Positions 39,104 to 50,063 of a stretch of 64,000 bases of DNA are shown one piece after another (positions within the stretch are counted from its first letter, which is position 1; every line of letters starts with the position of its first letter). The notes beneath the pieces were generated by a model that searched no databases, had not been told where the DNA came from, and saw only the letters and a list, made by a program, of their open reading frames with translations. Source of the DNA: an uncultured Bacilli bacterium (GTDB lineage Bacteria; Bacillota_I; Bacilli_A; RF39; UBA660); the NCBI GenBank assembly GCA_910579455.1, contig CAJTUT010000002.1, positions 44,353 to 108,352 of the forward strand. The letters are read 5' to 3'. A program made the translations under genes and the position numbers.

Positions 39104-41131
39104 CTATTTTTCTCTCTCATAACTACATTTACTGCACTTTATCTTATCCTTCTTTTCAACCAAAATCTCCTCACATTCTGGACACTTCTCACCAGTTGGC
39201 TTATCCCAAGATGCAAATTTACATTTTGGATACTGGTTACATCCATAAAATACCTTACCACGCCTTGTAGCCTTTTCTATAACTCTTCCATCACAAAGTG
39301 GGCAATCCATAATTTCATGAATTTCCTTTTCCTCTTTTTTTACATGTTTGCACTCTGGATAATTACTACAAGCAACAAAATCGCCATATCTCCCCTTACG
39401 AATAACCAAAGGATTCCCGCATTCTGAACATATTTCCCCAGTCTCTACCGGAGCCTTTTTCTCCATTTCATCAAAGGCATTCTTGACTCTAGGTTCAAAC
39501 AATTTATAAAATGCCTCCAATACATGATTCCAAACCAAATTTCCTAATGCTATTTTGTCTAGATCATCCTCCATATTCTTCGTATATTCCACATTAATTA
39601 AGTCAGAAAAGAACTCTTGTAACTTATCTGTTGTCTCAATTCCTACCTCGGTAGGCTTAAACTTTTTTTCAACTAATTCTACATAGCCTCTTTCTTTAAT
39701 TGTATCCATAGTTTTTGCATAGGTAGAGGGTCTACCAATCCCTAACTCTTCCATCTCCTTAATTAGCTTTGCTTCTGTATATCTTGCAGGAGGTTTCGTA
39801 AAATGTTGCTCTTTTTCTACAATTTCTGTAGTTAATACCTCGTTTTCATGAATTTCTGGTAAAATTTTATCCTCGCTAGACTCATAATCTTTATATACTC
39901 TTAAATATCCATCAAAAATCAGAACTTGACCATTCACTTTAAATTTATAATCATGATTATCCAGTATAATTGTTGTTTGATTTACCTTAGCATCAGCCAT
40001 TAACGAAGCCAGTGCCCTTTTATAAATTAAACTATATAATTTAAATTCATCATTTGATAAATACCTTTTCACCTGAATTGGCTCTCTAAAAATACTAGTT
40101 GGTCTTATTGCTTCATGTGCATCTTGAACATTTTCTGTTTTCTTACTTTGTTTGATATACCCAACATAATCCTTACCATAATTTTCTATAATATATTGAT
40201 AGGCTGGCTTTGTAAAGTCCTCGCTTAATCTTGTAGAATCTGTTCTCATATACGTAATTAAACCTACTGTCTCATTCTCCAAATCAATACCCTCATATAA
40301 TTTTTGGGCAATACTCATAGTCTTTTTAGCTGAAAATCCCAATTTGGTAGAGGCCTCTTGCTGCAAGGTACTAGTAATAAAAGGAAATCTACTTTTTTTA
40401 CTTCTTTTTTTCTGCTCAATTTTCTCTACTAGATAATTTTTATCCAATTGTTCCAACACATGATCGCAATCTTGTTCACAGATGAGTTCAATATCTTCAT
40501 TTTGATATTTAAATAAATTAGCATCAAATGAATCAAATTTTGAAGTGATCGTCCAATACTCTTCTGGAATAAAGGCCTCAATATCTCTTTCCCTATCTAC
40601 AATTAATTTTAAGGCAACACTTTGAACACGTCCAGCTGACTTAGCACCTATTTTAGATTGTAAAAGTTTAGAAAGTCTGAATCCAATAATTCGATCCAAA
40701 ATTCTCCTTGTTTCTTGACTCCTAACTAAATGGTCATCAATCAAAGTGGGATGGTTAATAGCTTCAATTACCTTATCATGAGTAATTTCATTAAATAATA
40801 CCCTCTTATATTGATCATCAGGGATCCCTAAAGCATCTTTTAAATGCCAGGCAATGGCCTCCCCCTCACGATCTGGATCTGATGCAAGGTATACAATATC
40901 ACTATCCTTTACATCCTTTTTTAATTCCGTAATAATCCTCTTTTTTCCGGTAATTGGAACATAACTCGGTTGAAATCCATTTTCAATATCTACCCCTAAT
41001 CCAAATTTTCCAGAAGTGGCCAAATCTCTAATATGACCTTTAGAAGATACTACTTTAAAATCATTTCCTAAGTATTTCTCAATAGTCTTACTCTTACTGG
41101 GACTCTCCACTATCACTAAATGTTTACTCAT
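39104..41131 (-). CDS. topA: DNA topoisomerase I
   Basis: Toprim (KHLVIVESPSKSKTIEKYLG), active-site region (GFSAKKTMSIAQKLYEG, YMRTDSTR) and C-terminal C4 zinc ribbons (CSECGNPL...CSNYPEC; CPLCDG...CNQYPKC; CPEC...CSKC). The start at ATG 41131 has the RBS GAAGGA; the track start at 41182 is less likely. Confidence 0.9.
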   Translation of the reverse strand: MSKHLVIVESPSKSKTIEKYLGNDFKVVSSKGHIRDLATSGKFGLGVDIENGFQPSYVPITGKKRIITELKKDVKDSDIVYLASDPDREGEAIAWHLKDALGIPDDQYKRVLFNEITHDKVIEAINHPTLIDDHLVRSQETRRILDRIIGFRLSKLLQSKIGAKSAGRVQSVALKLIVDRERDIEAFIPEEYWTITSKFDSFDANLFKYQNEDIELICEQDCDHVLEQLDKNYLVEKIEQKKRSKKSRFPFITSTLQQEASTKLGFSAKKTMSIAQKLYEGIDLENETVGLITYMRTDSTRLSEDFTKPAYQYIIENYGKDYVGYIKQSKKTENVQDAHEAIRPTSIFREPIQVKRYLSNDEFKLYSLIYKRALASLMADAKVNQTTIILDNHDYKFKVNGQVLIFDGYLRVYKDYESSEDKILPEIHENEVLTTEIVEKEQHFTKPPARYTEAKLIKEMEELGIGRPSTYAKTMDTIKERGYVELVEKKFKPTEVGIETTDKLQEFFSDLINVEYTKNMEDDLDKIALGNLVWNHVLEAFYKLFEPRVKNAFDEMEKKAPVETGEICSECGNPLVIRKGRYGDFVACSNYPECKHVKKEEKEIHEIMDCPLCDGRVIEKATRRGKVFYGCNQYPKCKFASWDKPTGEKCPECEEILVEKKDKIKCSKCSYEREK

Positions 41132-41690
41132 GAAAACACATCCTTCTTTTATACTTATACAGATTAAATCTATTTTTGTCAATTATATTTTATACATCCT
41201 ACTATTATTATAGTATGTTTATCTCTTTTTTATCTTTAGTTTTCAATTAAATTTATCCGTTATAAATATTATAATTATATTCCTTCTCAGTATTTTTACT
41301 CAAGTAACAAATAGCAATTTTTTCTTTATATCACTTTTTGATGGTCAAACGTCTCTATACTCAATTCTGGTTTAGTAAACCTCTGTAATTTCCTTTCTTA
41401 ACTGATATAAATATATAATAGCTTTGCCAGTTGATGACAATGGCAAATGAGACAGGAAATTAACATACGAATCCGTATCATTAAATAAATAATTAAATAT
41501 AGTAGATAAATTAATTAATTTATATTCAACCTAATATAACTTTTAAGAGTTGTTCATGCGATATATCTGTATAAAAATAATAAAGTGCCATTTTTAATAA
41601 CAAATAGTAATCAATACAAAATTGTTTTATATAACTACCACTCTCAAATAGTAATATTTTTCCATAATCAAAGAAACATTCTACTATTGG

Positions 41691-42430
41691 TTAGGGCAAC
41701 CTAAATGTATCAAGCAAAGTCTGTTTTAATGAATCTATACTTTTTTGAAAAATCTTTCTTCCCTCTTTTTCATCAAAGAGTAGTTTGATTTCATTGATAT
41801 CAACTCTTGTGATTTTCCCATAATTTATACCGAAATTCATCAACTCCTCTATTGATAAAATTCCTTCATTAATCATAACTTTTCCCCTAAAACTTTACAT
41901 ATTATAATCAAAGATTAACGAAATGTCGATCTTTATCACTTGCCTTTATATGCTTTAAAAAAATGTTTTAGTGTATCATAAGAACCAAATAATTTTTCTA
42001 ACCTACCTGTAATATCCCCCCTACTAGAAATATCACTAAAAAGGAGTAAAGACTATAATTTAATTGGTTAAAATTTTAGAAACGTAATTCTTCTGTAGAT
42101 AAGTCATAGCAGGGATGAAACATGTCTATATCACTCATTTCTATTCTTGCCTTGGTTAAAAGTTCCAAATCAGCTTCCAAATTGCTAACATTCTCTAATA
42201 ATAAAGGAATAGGCATCTCTAAAATAGATCCATCCTTTTTGGAGACAATAACCTCATTTTGTAAGCAGCACAAACAGAATACATATCACTATCTTCTGTA
42301 CTATCTTTAATCTTAAATATATCAAGTGCTTGTAATATATTTTTTTAGGGCAGCTTTCTCATCTTATAATAAGAAGCTGGGTCCAGTGAAAAAACTTTAC
42401 TATCATAAAAAAATCTTTATGGCATAATCA
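41691..42430 (-). pseudogene. possible remnant of dprA/smf (DNA processing protein A), decayed
   Basis: A 1.4-kb stretch without an intact gene lies between rnhB and topA, where dprA normally sits in Bacillota. The short ORFs 42076..42273 (LLENVSNLEADLELL...) and 41691..41876 (SIEELMNFGINYGKITRVDINEIKLLFDEKEGRKIF) faintly resemble the DprA C-terminal region and its winged-helix domain, respectively. Inference only. Confidence 0.25.
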
Positions 42431-42560
42431 CCATTATCAGATTCGTATTTCCAAACACTAAAATTTACCCCATTTCCTAAATAAAATAAATCCTTCTATT
42501 CCTCCGATGGGGCTGTATTATAACATATAAAGATCTAAAACACAAGATAAAAGTTAAGCT

Positions 42561-43541
42561 TTATAACCCTTGTTTCTGTATATAATCACTTATTGGCTTA
42601 TAACTTTTTCTATGATCATCCAAAATGCCATATTTCTCAATTGCCTCTAAGTGTTTTTTAGTAGGATACCCCTTATTATTTTTAAAATCATACATTGGAT
42701 ATTTTTTATCTAACTCTAGCAGCATTCTATCCCTTTCTACTTTTGCAATTACACTAGCAGCAGATATAGTAATACTCTTTAAATCCCCCTTAATAATAGA
42801 AGTAGTTGGAATATTTACATTTAATGGCATAGCATCAATTAAAATGTGTTCCGGTTTAATATTGCAATTACTAATCGCTTCTTTCATTGCAAGCTTCGTA
42901 GCCTCATAAATATTGATTTCATCAATTTTCTTCTCATCAATAATTCCAACACCAATAGAGATAGCCTGTTTTTTAATTTTTTCATAAAATTGTTCTCTTT
43001 TTTTCTCACTTAGTTTTTTAGAATCTGTCAATCCCTCTAAATCAAATTTATCAGGCAAAATCACACAGGCAGCAACAACTGGACCCACTAATGGTCCACG
43101 CCCTACCTCGTCTACCCCTGCAATAAGACTAATTCCCTGCCCTTTTAATTTTTTCTCATATCGATAATTATCCTTACTACACAAGTATAAATCTAATCTT
43201 TCAATTATTTTTTTATCCTGCTTTCTATTTAATCTTCGTTTTATCTCTAAACATTTTTCTATATTCATACATTGATATCCATCAACATAAGTCATATCTT
43301 TTGGATAGTATAAATGATCACTGATTTCTATCGCATCATGATACTTATGTCCTAATAAAAATGCTCTTATTTTGGTATTCCAAGGAATTTGATTATAGAA
43401 TTTTGTACTACAACTTAAATCAATATTTAATGTTTTTTCTATGATCCCTTGTAAGACTAAACTAGCATCGCTAATTACAATATAAGAATTTTTATCTAGT
43501 TCTAATTCACTTAGAGCATTCAATATTTCTTCCTTATTCAT
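42561..43541 (-). CDS. rnhB: ribonuclease HII with an ~140-aa N-terminal extension
   Basis: The C-terminal 185 aa are a canonical RNase HII: [21 protein letters not shown] (DEDD motif 1), [14 protein letters not shown]..., [11 protein letters not shown]. The N-terminal 140 aa ([20 protein letters not shown]...) have no recognisable motif. It follows rbgA, as in B. subtilis ylqF-rnhB. Confidence 0.8.
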   Translation of the reverse strand: MNKEEILNALSELELDKNSYIVISDASLVLQGIIEKTLNIDLSCSTKFYNQIPWNTKIRAFLLGHKYHDAIEISDHLYYPKDMTYVDGYQCMNIEKCLEIKRRLNRKQDKKIIERLDLYLCSKDNYRYEKKLKGQGISLIAGVDEVGRGPLVGPVVAACVILPDKFDLEGLTDSKKLSEKKREQFYEKIKKQAISIGVGIIDEKKIDEINIYEATKLAMKEAISNCNIKPEHILIDAMPLNVNIPTTSIIKGDLKSITISAASVIAKVERDRMLLELDKKYPMYDFKNNKGYPTKKHLEAIEKYGILDDHRKSYKPISDYIQKQGL

Positions 43542-43558
43542 TATTTCACCTTATCTAT

Positions 43559-44449
43559 TTATGTTAATCTATCTAGTGTAATATTTCCTAAATACCCATT
43601 TTTTAAATCATTAATAATAATATTTGATACTTTATCATAATCAGCTATTCCACCACGAGACAAGGCACCCCTCGATTTTCCAATCATATCAAATGTTTCT
43701 ATCAAATCCTCATCTAACTTTTGAATGCCATAACGCCTTTCTAACTCTTGTGGGTATAACTCTATCATTTTTTTTAAGATAAAACAAGCAAGATCGAGAT
43801 TATCGATTACTTCTTCTTTTATAGAAGAAAGTGCTGCTAGTATATGTGCATTGTCTTGATTTTCCAACTTAGGCCAAAGTATTCCTGGAGAATCTAAAAG
43901 TTCTATCTCTTTATTAATTCTTATCCACGAAAGATTTTTAGTAATACCCGGCCTATTTCCAACACTTGCTGATTTTTTTCCTACCAAACGATTAATAAGT
44001 GTTGATTTTCCTACATTAGGCACCCCAATAATCAAGACCCTAACACTTCTAGATTTAAGACCCTTCTCCAGCCTTTTTCTATTTTCATTTGCAACCATTT
44101 CTTTACTTTTTTCTATAATTTTTGATGTATCATTTCCATTCATTAAATCTACTGGTATTACAGTATAATTTTTATCTTCATAATATTTAATTATTTTATC
44201 TGTTTCAAACTTATCACAAATATCATATTTTGTCATAATGAGTACTCTTTTTTTATTTCCTATCAACTCATCCATATCTACTATTTTAGAAGATATAGGC
44301 ATACGGGAATCAATTACTTCATAAACTATATCAATTAGATTTAGTTTTTCTTTTATTTCTCTTTTGGTTTTGGCCATATGTCCTGGATACCAGTTGATTA
44401 CACTTTTTTGTAACCCCCCCTGTGTTTCATTATTGTTCATTAAAATCAC
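43559..44449 (-). CDS. rbgA: ribosome biogenesis GTPase A (RbgA/YlqF)
   Basis: Circularly permuted GTPase: NWYPGHMAKT, G4 TKYD, G1 GVPNVGKSTLINRL, G3 DSPGILWP; 296 aa. Confidence 0.85.
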   Translation of the reverse strand: MILMNNNETQGGLQKSVINWYPGHMAKTKREIKEKLNLIDIVYEVIDSRMPISSKIVDMDELIGNKKRVLIMTKYDICDKFETDKIIKYYEDKNYTVIPVDLMNGNDTSKIIEKSKEMVANENRKRLEKGLKSRSVRVLIIGVPNVGKSTLINRLVGKKSASVGNRPGITKNLSWIRINKEIELLDSPGILWPKLENQDNAHILAALSSIKEEVIDNLDLACFILKKMIELYPQELERRYGIQKLDEDLIETFDMIGKSRGALSRGGIADYDKVSNIIINDLKNGYLGNITLDRLT

Positions 44450-45233
44450 TTCTTTCTACTTTGTTGCTTATAAAAATATTCATTATATTTCTTATATCTT
44501 CCATTCTTATCTTTGTTTCTAAATCATTGTAATTAAATCTATCTATTAATATGTTAATATAATTATTACTCTTAACAATTTTATAAGTTTCTTTAAAATT
44601 TAAATCAAATATAAATGCTAAAACACAACACCAATAATCAATAAGTGTTATTCTGTCATGAATATCTACACATTTTTGATTTTTAATTGTTTTATAGACT
44701 TTATCAGACAATGTTGAATTTTCCATATCACTTTTGTATTTTAGTTTTCCTGGAAATATTGCTTCTATTTTTTCTTCTTTCTTTACTCTAAAATTATCTA
44801 ACTTATCTGCATCTCTTATTATTTTTGAATGTAAGAGGCATCTTTCATTTAAGCCTTCTTTAATAGTTAATCTACTATGATTATCAATTGCTGTTTTTAT
44901 TATTTCATCATAGCTATCATCTTCTATAAAGTTTCTTATCAAATTATCATCAAATAACATTTTAACACCATATGAGGCATGATCGAATTTAACACTATCA
45001 AATTGTTTTAAGAAAATAATTTCTTCAAACCTTCCAATATCGTGAAGTAAGGCAATTAATTCCGCCAAATATATATCTTCTTCAGATAAATTTAATTTGG
45101 TTGCTATTTCTTTAGCATTCTCAACAACATGATATGTATGAATCACTTTTAATTCAAAGCCCAATTGATTTTTATCTTTGTATCTTTCTAAAAATATTTT
45201 GAATGAATTTCTAGCTTTTTGTATATCAATCAT
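44430..45233 (-). CDS. HD-domain phosphohydrolase family protein
   Basis: H...HD signature: VIHTYHVVENA ... LIALLHDIGRFEE ... DNHS; 267 aa; overlaps the rbgA start by 20 bp. Confidence 0.6.
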   Translation of the reverse strand: MIDIQKARNSFKIFLERYKDKNQLGFELKVIHTYHVVENAKEIATKLNLSEEDIYLAELIALLHDIGRFEEIIFLKQFDSVKFDHASYGVKMLFDDNLIRNFIEDDSYDEIIKTAIDNHSRLTIKEGLNERCLLHSKIIRDADKLDNFRVKKEEKIEAIFPGKLKYKSDMENSTLSDKVYKTIKNQKCVDIHDRITLIDYWCCVLAFIFDLNFKETYKIVKSNNYINILIDRFNYNDLETKIRMEDIRNIMNIFISNKVERSDFNEQ

Positions 45234-45249
45234 ATCTTCTCATTCCTTT

Positions 45250-45543
45250 TCACCTATATAAATTCTTTAAAACATTAGTCAAACAATCTTCAGCAGTTAA
45301 ATCTGTGTTTTCTGAAAATCTAATTCTAACTAATTTTCCTTTCACTTTAAATATATATGGATTCTTTGTCTTTATAATAAAATCCAATATTCTTTCATTA
45401 CTAGGTTTTCTTCTATCTATTTTTATATCTGTTATTTCATCTACATCTTCTAATTTTACATCATCAAGATTTACATTTCTACATCTTTCTAATTTTTCTG
45501 ATAATTCTTTTAAATTATATTTATTCATAAAATCACACTCCAA
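45250..45543 (-). CDS. hypothetical small protein
   Basis: 97 aa, acidic, no motif recognised. The start is possibly the internal MNKYNLKEL. Confidence 0.4.
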   Translation of the reverse strand: MECDFMNKYNLKELSEKLERCRNVNLDDVKLEDVDEITDIKIDRRKPSNERILDFIIKTKNPYIFKVKGKLVRIRFSENTDLTAEDCLTNVLKNLYR

Positions 45544-45612
45544 ATTAATTATAAATTTAAATACAATTAATGTTAAATGTGCAATTTTTAGGATTATATT
45601 TCTGTTGACCTA

Positions 45613-46623
45613 TTATTCATCAATTTCTTTTTCATCTAAATCTATATGAAGATTAATATCTTCTTCTGTAGGTAATTTTTCTAATATATCTTTAGGTATA
45701 TATTTCTCTATTTCGTATGACGACACACCGATTGGTACATTAGTACTTTCTAAAGACCATTCCACAGATAACTTGTCTTTTTCTCTACAAAGCAAAAGAC
45801 CTATTGTAGGTTTATCATATTCTTTTTTTAAAATATTATCTACTGCTTTAACATAAAAACCTAATTGTCCTATATAATCCGGCTTAAATGCACTAGCCTT
45901 CAACTCTACAACTATATAGCATCTTAATTCCAAATGATAAAATAAAAGATCAATATAATAATCACTTTCAGGAGTAGATACTTTGTATTGATTTCCAACA
46001 AAACTAAAACCTGTCCCAAGTTCTAATAAAACATTCCTAATCTTCATAAGCATAGCATTTTCTAATTCTTGTTCTTTATAGTCATCTTTTAGTGTAATGA
46101 AATCAAAAATATAAGGATCTTTTATTGTGCTATTTACTAAATCACTATCATATAAAGATTTTTTAAAATTGTTACTACTATTTCCTATCCTAAGATGATA
46201 ATTATTATCTATTTGAAGCGCTAACATATTTCTTCCCCAACCATTTTTTATAATTTCATTGGCATAAAGTTCTCTAATTTTTCTATCCTTTATTTTGCTA
46301 ATTAATAGTAAATTATGTCCCCAAGGTAATTTGGCAACAAGCTGTTGCCATTTTTCATCATCACAATATTCTTCATAAAATAAACACATAGATCTTATAT
46401 TTCTTTCAGAAAATCCTTTCATATTCGGAAAAGCTAATTTTAATTCTATCGATACCTCTTTTACAAAATTATTACCATACTTTTTATTTTCAGAAACAAT
46501 TTTACCCAATTTAAAATAAAGCATAATTAAGTTACTATTCACTTCTTGAATTGTTTTAATCTGAGCTTTCTTTATTTCATCTTTTATATTATTTATAGTT
46601 TCTTTCATATTTTTATCTAACAA
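45613..46623 (-). CDS. PDDEXK-nuclease-fold protein, YhcG/DUF1016 family
   Basis: 336 aa. The N-terminal DUF1016-like region (IMLYFKLGKIVSENKKYGNNFVKEVSIELK, PWGHNLLLISKIKD) is followed by a C-terminal restriction-endonuclease-like core (YIDLLFYHLELRCYIVVELK, D...E.K). Confidence 0.6.
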   Translation of the reverse strand: MLDKNMKETINNIKDEIKKAQIKTIQEVNSNLIMLYFKLGKIVSENKKYGNNFVKEVSIELKLAFPNMKGFSERNIRSMCLFYEEYCDDEKWQQLVAKLPWGHNLLLISKIKDRKIRELYANEIIKNGWGRNMLALQIDNNYHLRIGNSSNNFKKSLYDSDLVNSTIKDPYIFDFITLKDDYKEQELENAMLMKIRNVLLELGTGFSFVGNQYKVSTPESDYYIDLLFYHLELRCYIVVELKASAFKPDYIGQLGFYVKAVDNILKKEYDKPTIGLLLCREKDKLSVEWSLESTNVPIGVSSYEIEKYIPKDILEKLPTEEDINLHIDLDEKEIDE

Positions 46624-46881
46624 AAATATTTCCTCCTTAATTTTTAGTTTAGAGAGTTAAAAGGTGTAATCACCTTGTTAATTCCTACCTTATATTCGCT
46701 AGAAATAGCTATTTTTTACTAATTTTTATATATTTTAACATATTATTAATCAAAATATGCAAGATGTTAATTCTCGCAAACCCTTATAAATAAATGATTT
46801 ATTAAAGGGGTTAAATAAATCGTAATCAACCAGTTAATTGTCGAATTTTGTCGATTATTGTCCATTATTATCACATCCTTA

Positions 46882-47422
46882 CTATTTCCCTTTTATCATT
46901 TCTACTACTTGAATATGTATTCTTCCATTAGTAACTAACAAAGTGTCAATATTTTGTCTTTTCATACCTTTTAAATTAGTAACTTTTCCACCCGCTTCTT
47001 GTACTAATAATTTACCAGCAGCTGAACTTAATCCAATACTTGGTTTAACATTTAATACCCCATCTATTTTACCAGAAGCACACCATGCTAATTCTAATGC
47101 AGCAGATACTATCAATCTTAACCCTCTAACATTTGGCACTAACTTTTCTTCTACATCTATCACATCTTTAATTTGCATATCATTATAATGCGATGTTAAA
47201 CAAAAGGAGATTTTCTCCATTTTCTTCAGAATAGATAGAATGTTCAGGAAATTTATGACTTATAAATTCTATTATTCTATCATCTATATATTTATCTGTA
47301 GAAGTAACTATATCATTTAATTCTTTGTAAGAAATTTCATTTTTTAAATTTTTACTTTCTTCATATGCCTGAATTGTAATAGTCGATAATTCCTTTAATA
47401 AATCAAAATTAAAATCACTCAT
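46882..47422 (-). pseudogene. inositol monophosphatase family gene, frameshifted/truncated
   Basis: ORF 47183..47422 (…NDIVTSTDKYIDDRIIEFISHKFPEHSIYSEENGEN) matches the IMPase N-terminal region. The overlapping ORF 46882..47220, in another frame (…IVSAALELAWCASGKIDGVLNVKPSIGLSSAAGKLLVQEAGGKVTN), matches the IMPase C-terminus. Together these give ~190 aa against ~260 expected, and the metal-binding DPIDGT block appears to be missing. Confidence 0.5.
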
Positions 47423-47904
47423 AAAATACCTCCTAATTTTTTTACATAATTGGATACACCTTTATGTGACATTTCATGTGTAAGATGTGTTAATATCATT
47501 TTTTAGGTTTTAGTATATTAAATATTTCTATACTACCATTTATGTCAGCATGACCATGACCTTTATTATTTAAACTATTGTCATCAGAAATTATTAAATC
47601 ACAATTTTTTAATTTTTCTATTTGTAAAATTTTATTAAAATCACTCATATAAGCAAATTTAAAATTATTAGAGCTAAATATATATCCATAACATAGTGCA
47701 TCTGTACCCCATCTTTTTTGTGTTCAAGTTTTACAATTTCAATACTTATACCATCTATAAAAAACGGATTGAATTCTTCTACTATTATTGTTTTATTTCT
47801 AATTCAGTTAAATCCTCATCTTCTGTATTATATTGTCCTAATGCATTATGAGGGACTTGCCCATGTCTTACTATATACCTTCATCTTTATCTTCCCCTTA
47901 CACG

Positions 47905-48303
47905 TTACACGAGATAATCCTCTTGATAATCCCATAAACTTAATCTTCCTTTAATCGGAATCGAACTAATTTTCCTTATATTTTCTATTTTAAATCCATA
48001 TCCTTTCCATTCTTTGCATTTAATGACACCACTATAGATAATTTTATCCTTCTCTAATAACTTTTTTCTAAAGTTATTATCAACTTCTACGCAGTCAGTT
48101 ATATTTCCTTTAGCAATAATACAACCAGTTGGATATTCTAAATTTAGATATTCAAACTTCTTCATTGCTTTCTTATCTATACTTTTACCTGCATGAATTA
48201 ATATTTCACCACGATATTTAGTTTTCCAAGTTCTAAATTCATATTCTTTTAAACCTTCTGCTATTAATGTTGCCCATGGCTGCTTAACTGTTATCGCTTT
48301 CAT
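47905..48303 (-). CDS. ASCH domain protein
   Basis: 132 aa; MKAITVKQPWATLIAEGLKEYEFRTWKTKYRGEILIHAG is typical of the ASCH/PUA-like fold. Confidence 0.6.
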   Translation of the reverse strand: MKAITVKQPWATLIAEGLKEYEFRTWKTKYRGEILIHAGKSIDKKAMKKFEYLNLEYPTGCIIAKGNITDCVEVDNNFRKKLLEKDKIIYSGVIKCKEWKGYGFKIENIRKISSIPIKGRLSLWDYQEDYLV

Positions 48304-48415
48304 ATTTTACCTCCACAACTATCCATATAAATTTTCTAAAAAACTAGTAAAGCAATCCCTCTGTTTTATCCAAATCTAAATATCGAATTCTTATTAGTAT
48401 TTTATTATACTATCT

Positions 48416-49402
48416 TTATCTTTTTCTTCCTTTTTTTTCTATCTCATAAGCTATGGAATCGTAAGCACTGGCTAATTTATTCCTTATCCGTTGATAGATA
48501 CCTTTTTGTACTTTTTTTTCTAGCCTCTCCACTAAAACTGGCAATGACTCATGATCCATCAGCTCTGTATAGTTACAATTTTTTGGAAAATTACTCATGA
48601 TTTCATCTCGATTTTTTTGAACAATTGGTATATATTGATCCATTATATTATCATATATAGCATTTTGATCGTGTTTTATAAAATCCTTCATCCCTCTAAA
48701 TGATTGACTATCAGCCTTACCACGTAATGCTTTTAAAACATATTCTGTTTTAGATTTTGTAAAATAATGATTTATTTGCATTTTTTTACATTGTCCATAA
48801 GAATTGAATGGACCCTTTATAACATGACCGTCTTCATCAATGCTATAATACCCCTTCATATATACTGGATAGTGTGGATTTTGAAAGGTAACTACCTTTC
48901 TAGGATTACATATAGTTTTTATATGTCTATTGACATCAAAATCATCTTCTGCCCTAAATTTGTAATTTTCTATCACAAGCCCTTTTGGTGGCTTCTCATA
49001 ACCATTAGATCCATATATCCTCCAATTAATTGCTACTCCTGCAGCACCCTCTTTTTTTGCTAGTACATCATCGACAATATCACCTAGATCATTATCTTCA
49101 TGTGGTATAACAAACTCATCAATATCAATAAAACCCATATATTTTGATTCATCTTTATATTTCTTTATGGCATCCGCATATACTATATTTTGCATATTTT
49201 TTCCTGGTACATATTGATATACTACAATTCCATTCTCAATATATGGATTTAATAATTTTTTCAAGTCATCAGAACTTTCATTATCATATATATAAAATTT
49301 ATTTACCCCAACTAGTCTATGAAACTCGATCCATTCTATAATATAGGGTTCTTCATTTTTAACAATCGCTACAAAGGACAATTTATTTTTATTGCTTTCC
49401 AC
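48416..49402 (-). CDS. glycosyltransferase (GT92/GT2-like, DxD-type)
   Basis: 328 aa; LSFVAIVKNEEPYIIEWIEFH and a FIDIDEF (DxDE) motif typical of GT92/DUF23-type nucleotide-sugar transferases. Confidence 0.5.
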   Translation of the reverse strand: MESNKNKLSFVAIVKNEEPYIIEWIEFHRLVGVNKFYIYDNESSDDLKKLLNPYIENGIVVYQYVPGKNMQNIVYADAIKKYKDESKYMGFIDIDEFVIPHEDNDLGDIVDDVLAKKEGAAGVAINWRIYGSNGYEKPPKGLVIENYKFRAEDDFDVNRHIKTICNPRKVVTFQNPHYPVYMKGYYSIDEDGHVIKGPFNSYGQCKKMQINHYFTKSKTEYVLKALRGKADSQSFRGMKDFIKHDQNAIYDNIMDQYIPIVQKNRDEIMSNFPKNCNYTELMDHESLPVLVERLEKKVQKGIYQRIRNKLASAYDSIAYEIEKKGRKR

Positions 49403-49511
49403 TTCTTATTCCCCCAATCATCTCTGTACATTTTTATGCATTCCTTCCTTTTAATAGCAATACCTTTTTACTTTAAGCAAATGTCTCCTTACCATACATA
49501 ACAATCCCACA

Positions 49512-50063
49512 TTAGACTCTTAGTTTTATATTTGAAGACTCCTCTATACTATACTCATATATTTTTGCGTTTTCACATTCTAATAACGTAGAATCGATTC
49601 CATAACAATACCAATCGATTGCTCTTTTAATTCCACCATGTGTTACTAGTAAAATACTTTTATCATAATACTTTACTTTTATCTCATTCAAAAAGCTAAC
49701 AGTTCTTTCATAAACACTTTTCATAGATTCTAACTCAGGATACTTTTTTTGTGATGAATAACTCCAAAATTCTTTCCAATCCAAGTCTTCAAAAGAAACA
49801 CCTTCATATAAGCCCATATTCCTCTCTTCTAGTCTTTTATCGACGAATACAGGTATCTTTTTATCTAAATTAAATAAATCCAATGTATCAATCACTCTTT
49901 TTATAGGTGAGGAAAATACCATATTAATATCCAATTGTCTTAACTTTTCTCCTACCCTTATCGCCTGAATTTTTCCATTTTTATTTAACGGTTCTTCTTT
50001 ACTAGCAATCAACTTGTTTTTGCCCATTTCAGTTTCGCCATGTCTAACTACATAAATCTTCAT
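49512..50063 (-). CDS. histidine phosphatase (phosphoglycerate mutase family) protein
   Basis: RHG motif MKIYVVRHGETE, downstream SSPIKRVIDT and LVTHGG. Confidence 0.75.
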   Translation of the reverse strand: MKIYVVRHGETEMGKNKLIASKEEPLNKNGKIQAIRVGEKLRQLDINMVFSSPIKRVIDTLDLFNLDKKIPVFVDKRLEERNMGLYEGVSFEDLDWKEFWSYSSQKKYPELESMKSVYERTVSFLNEIKVKYYDKSILLVTHGGIKRAIDWYCYGIDSTLLECENAKIYEYSIEESSNIKLRV

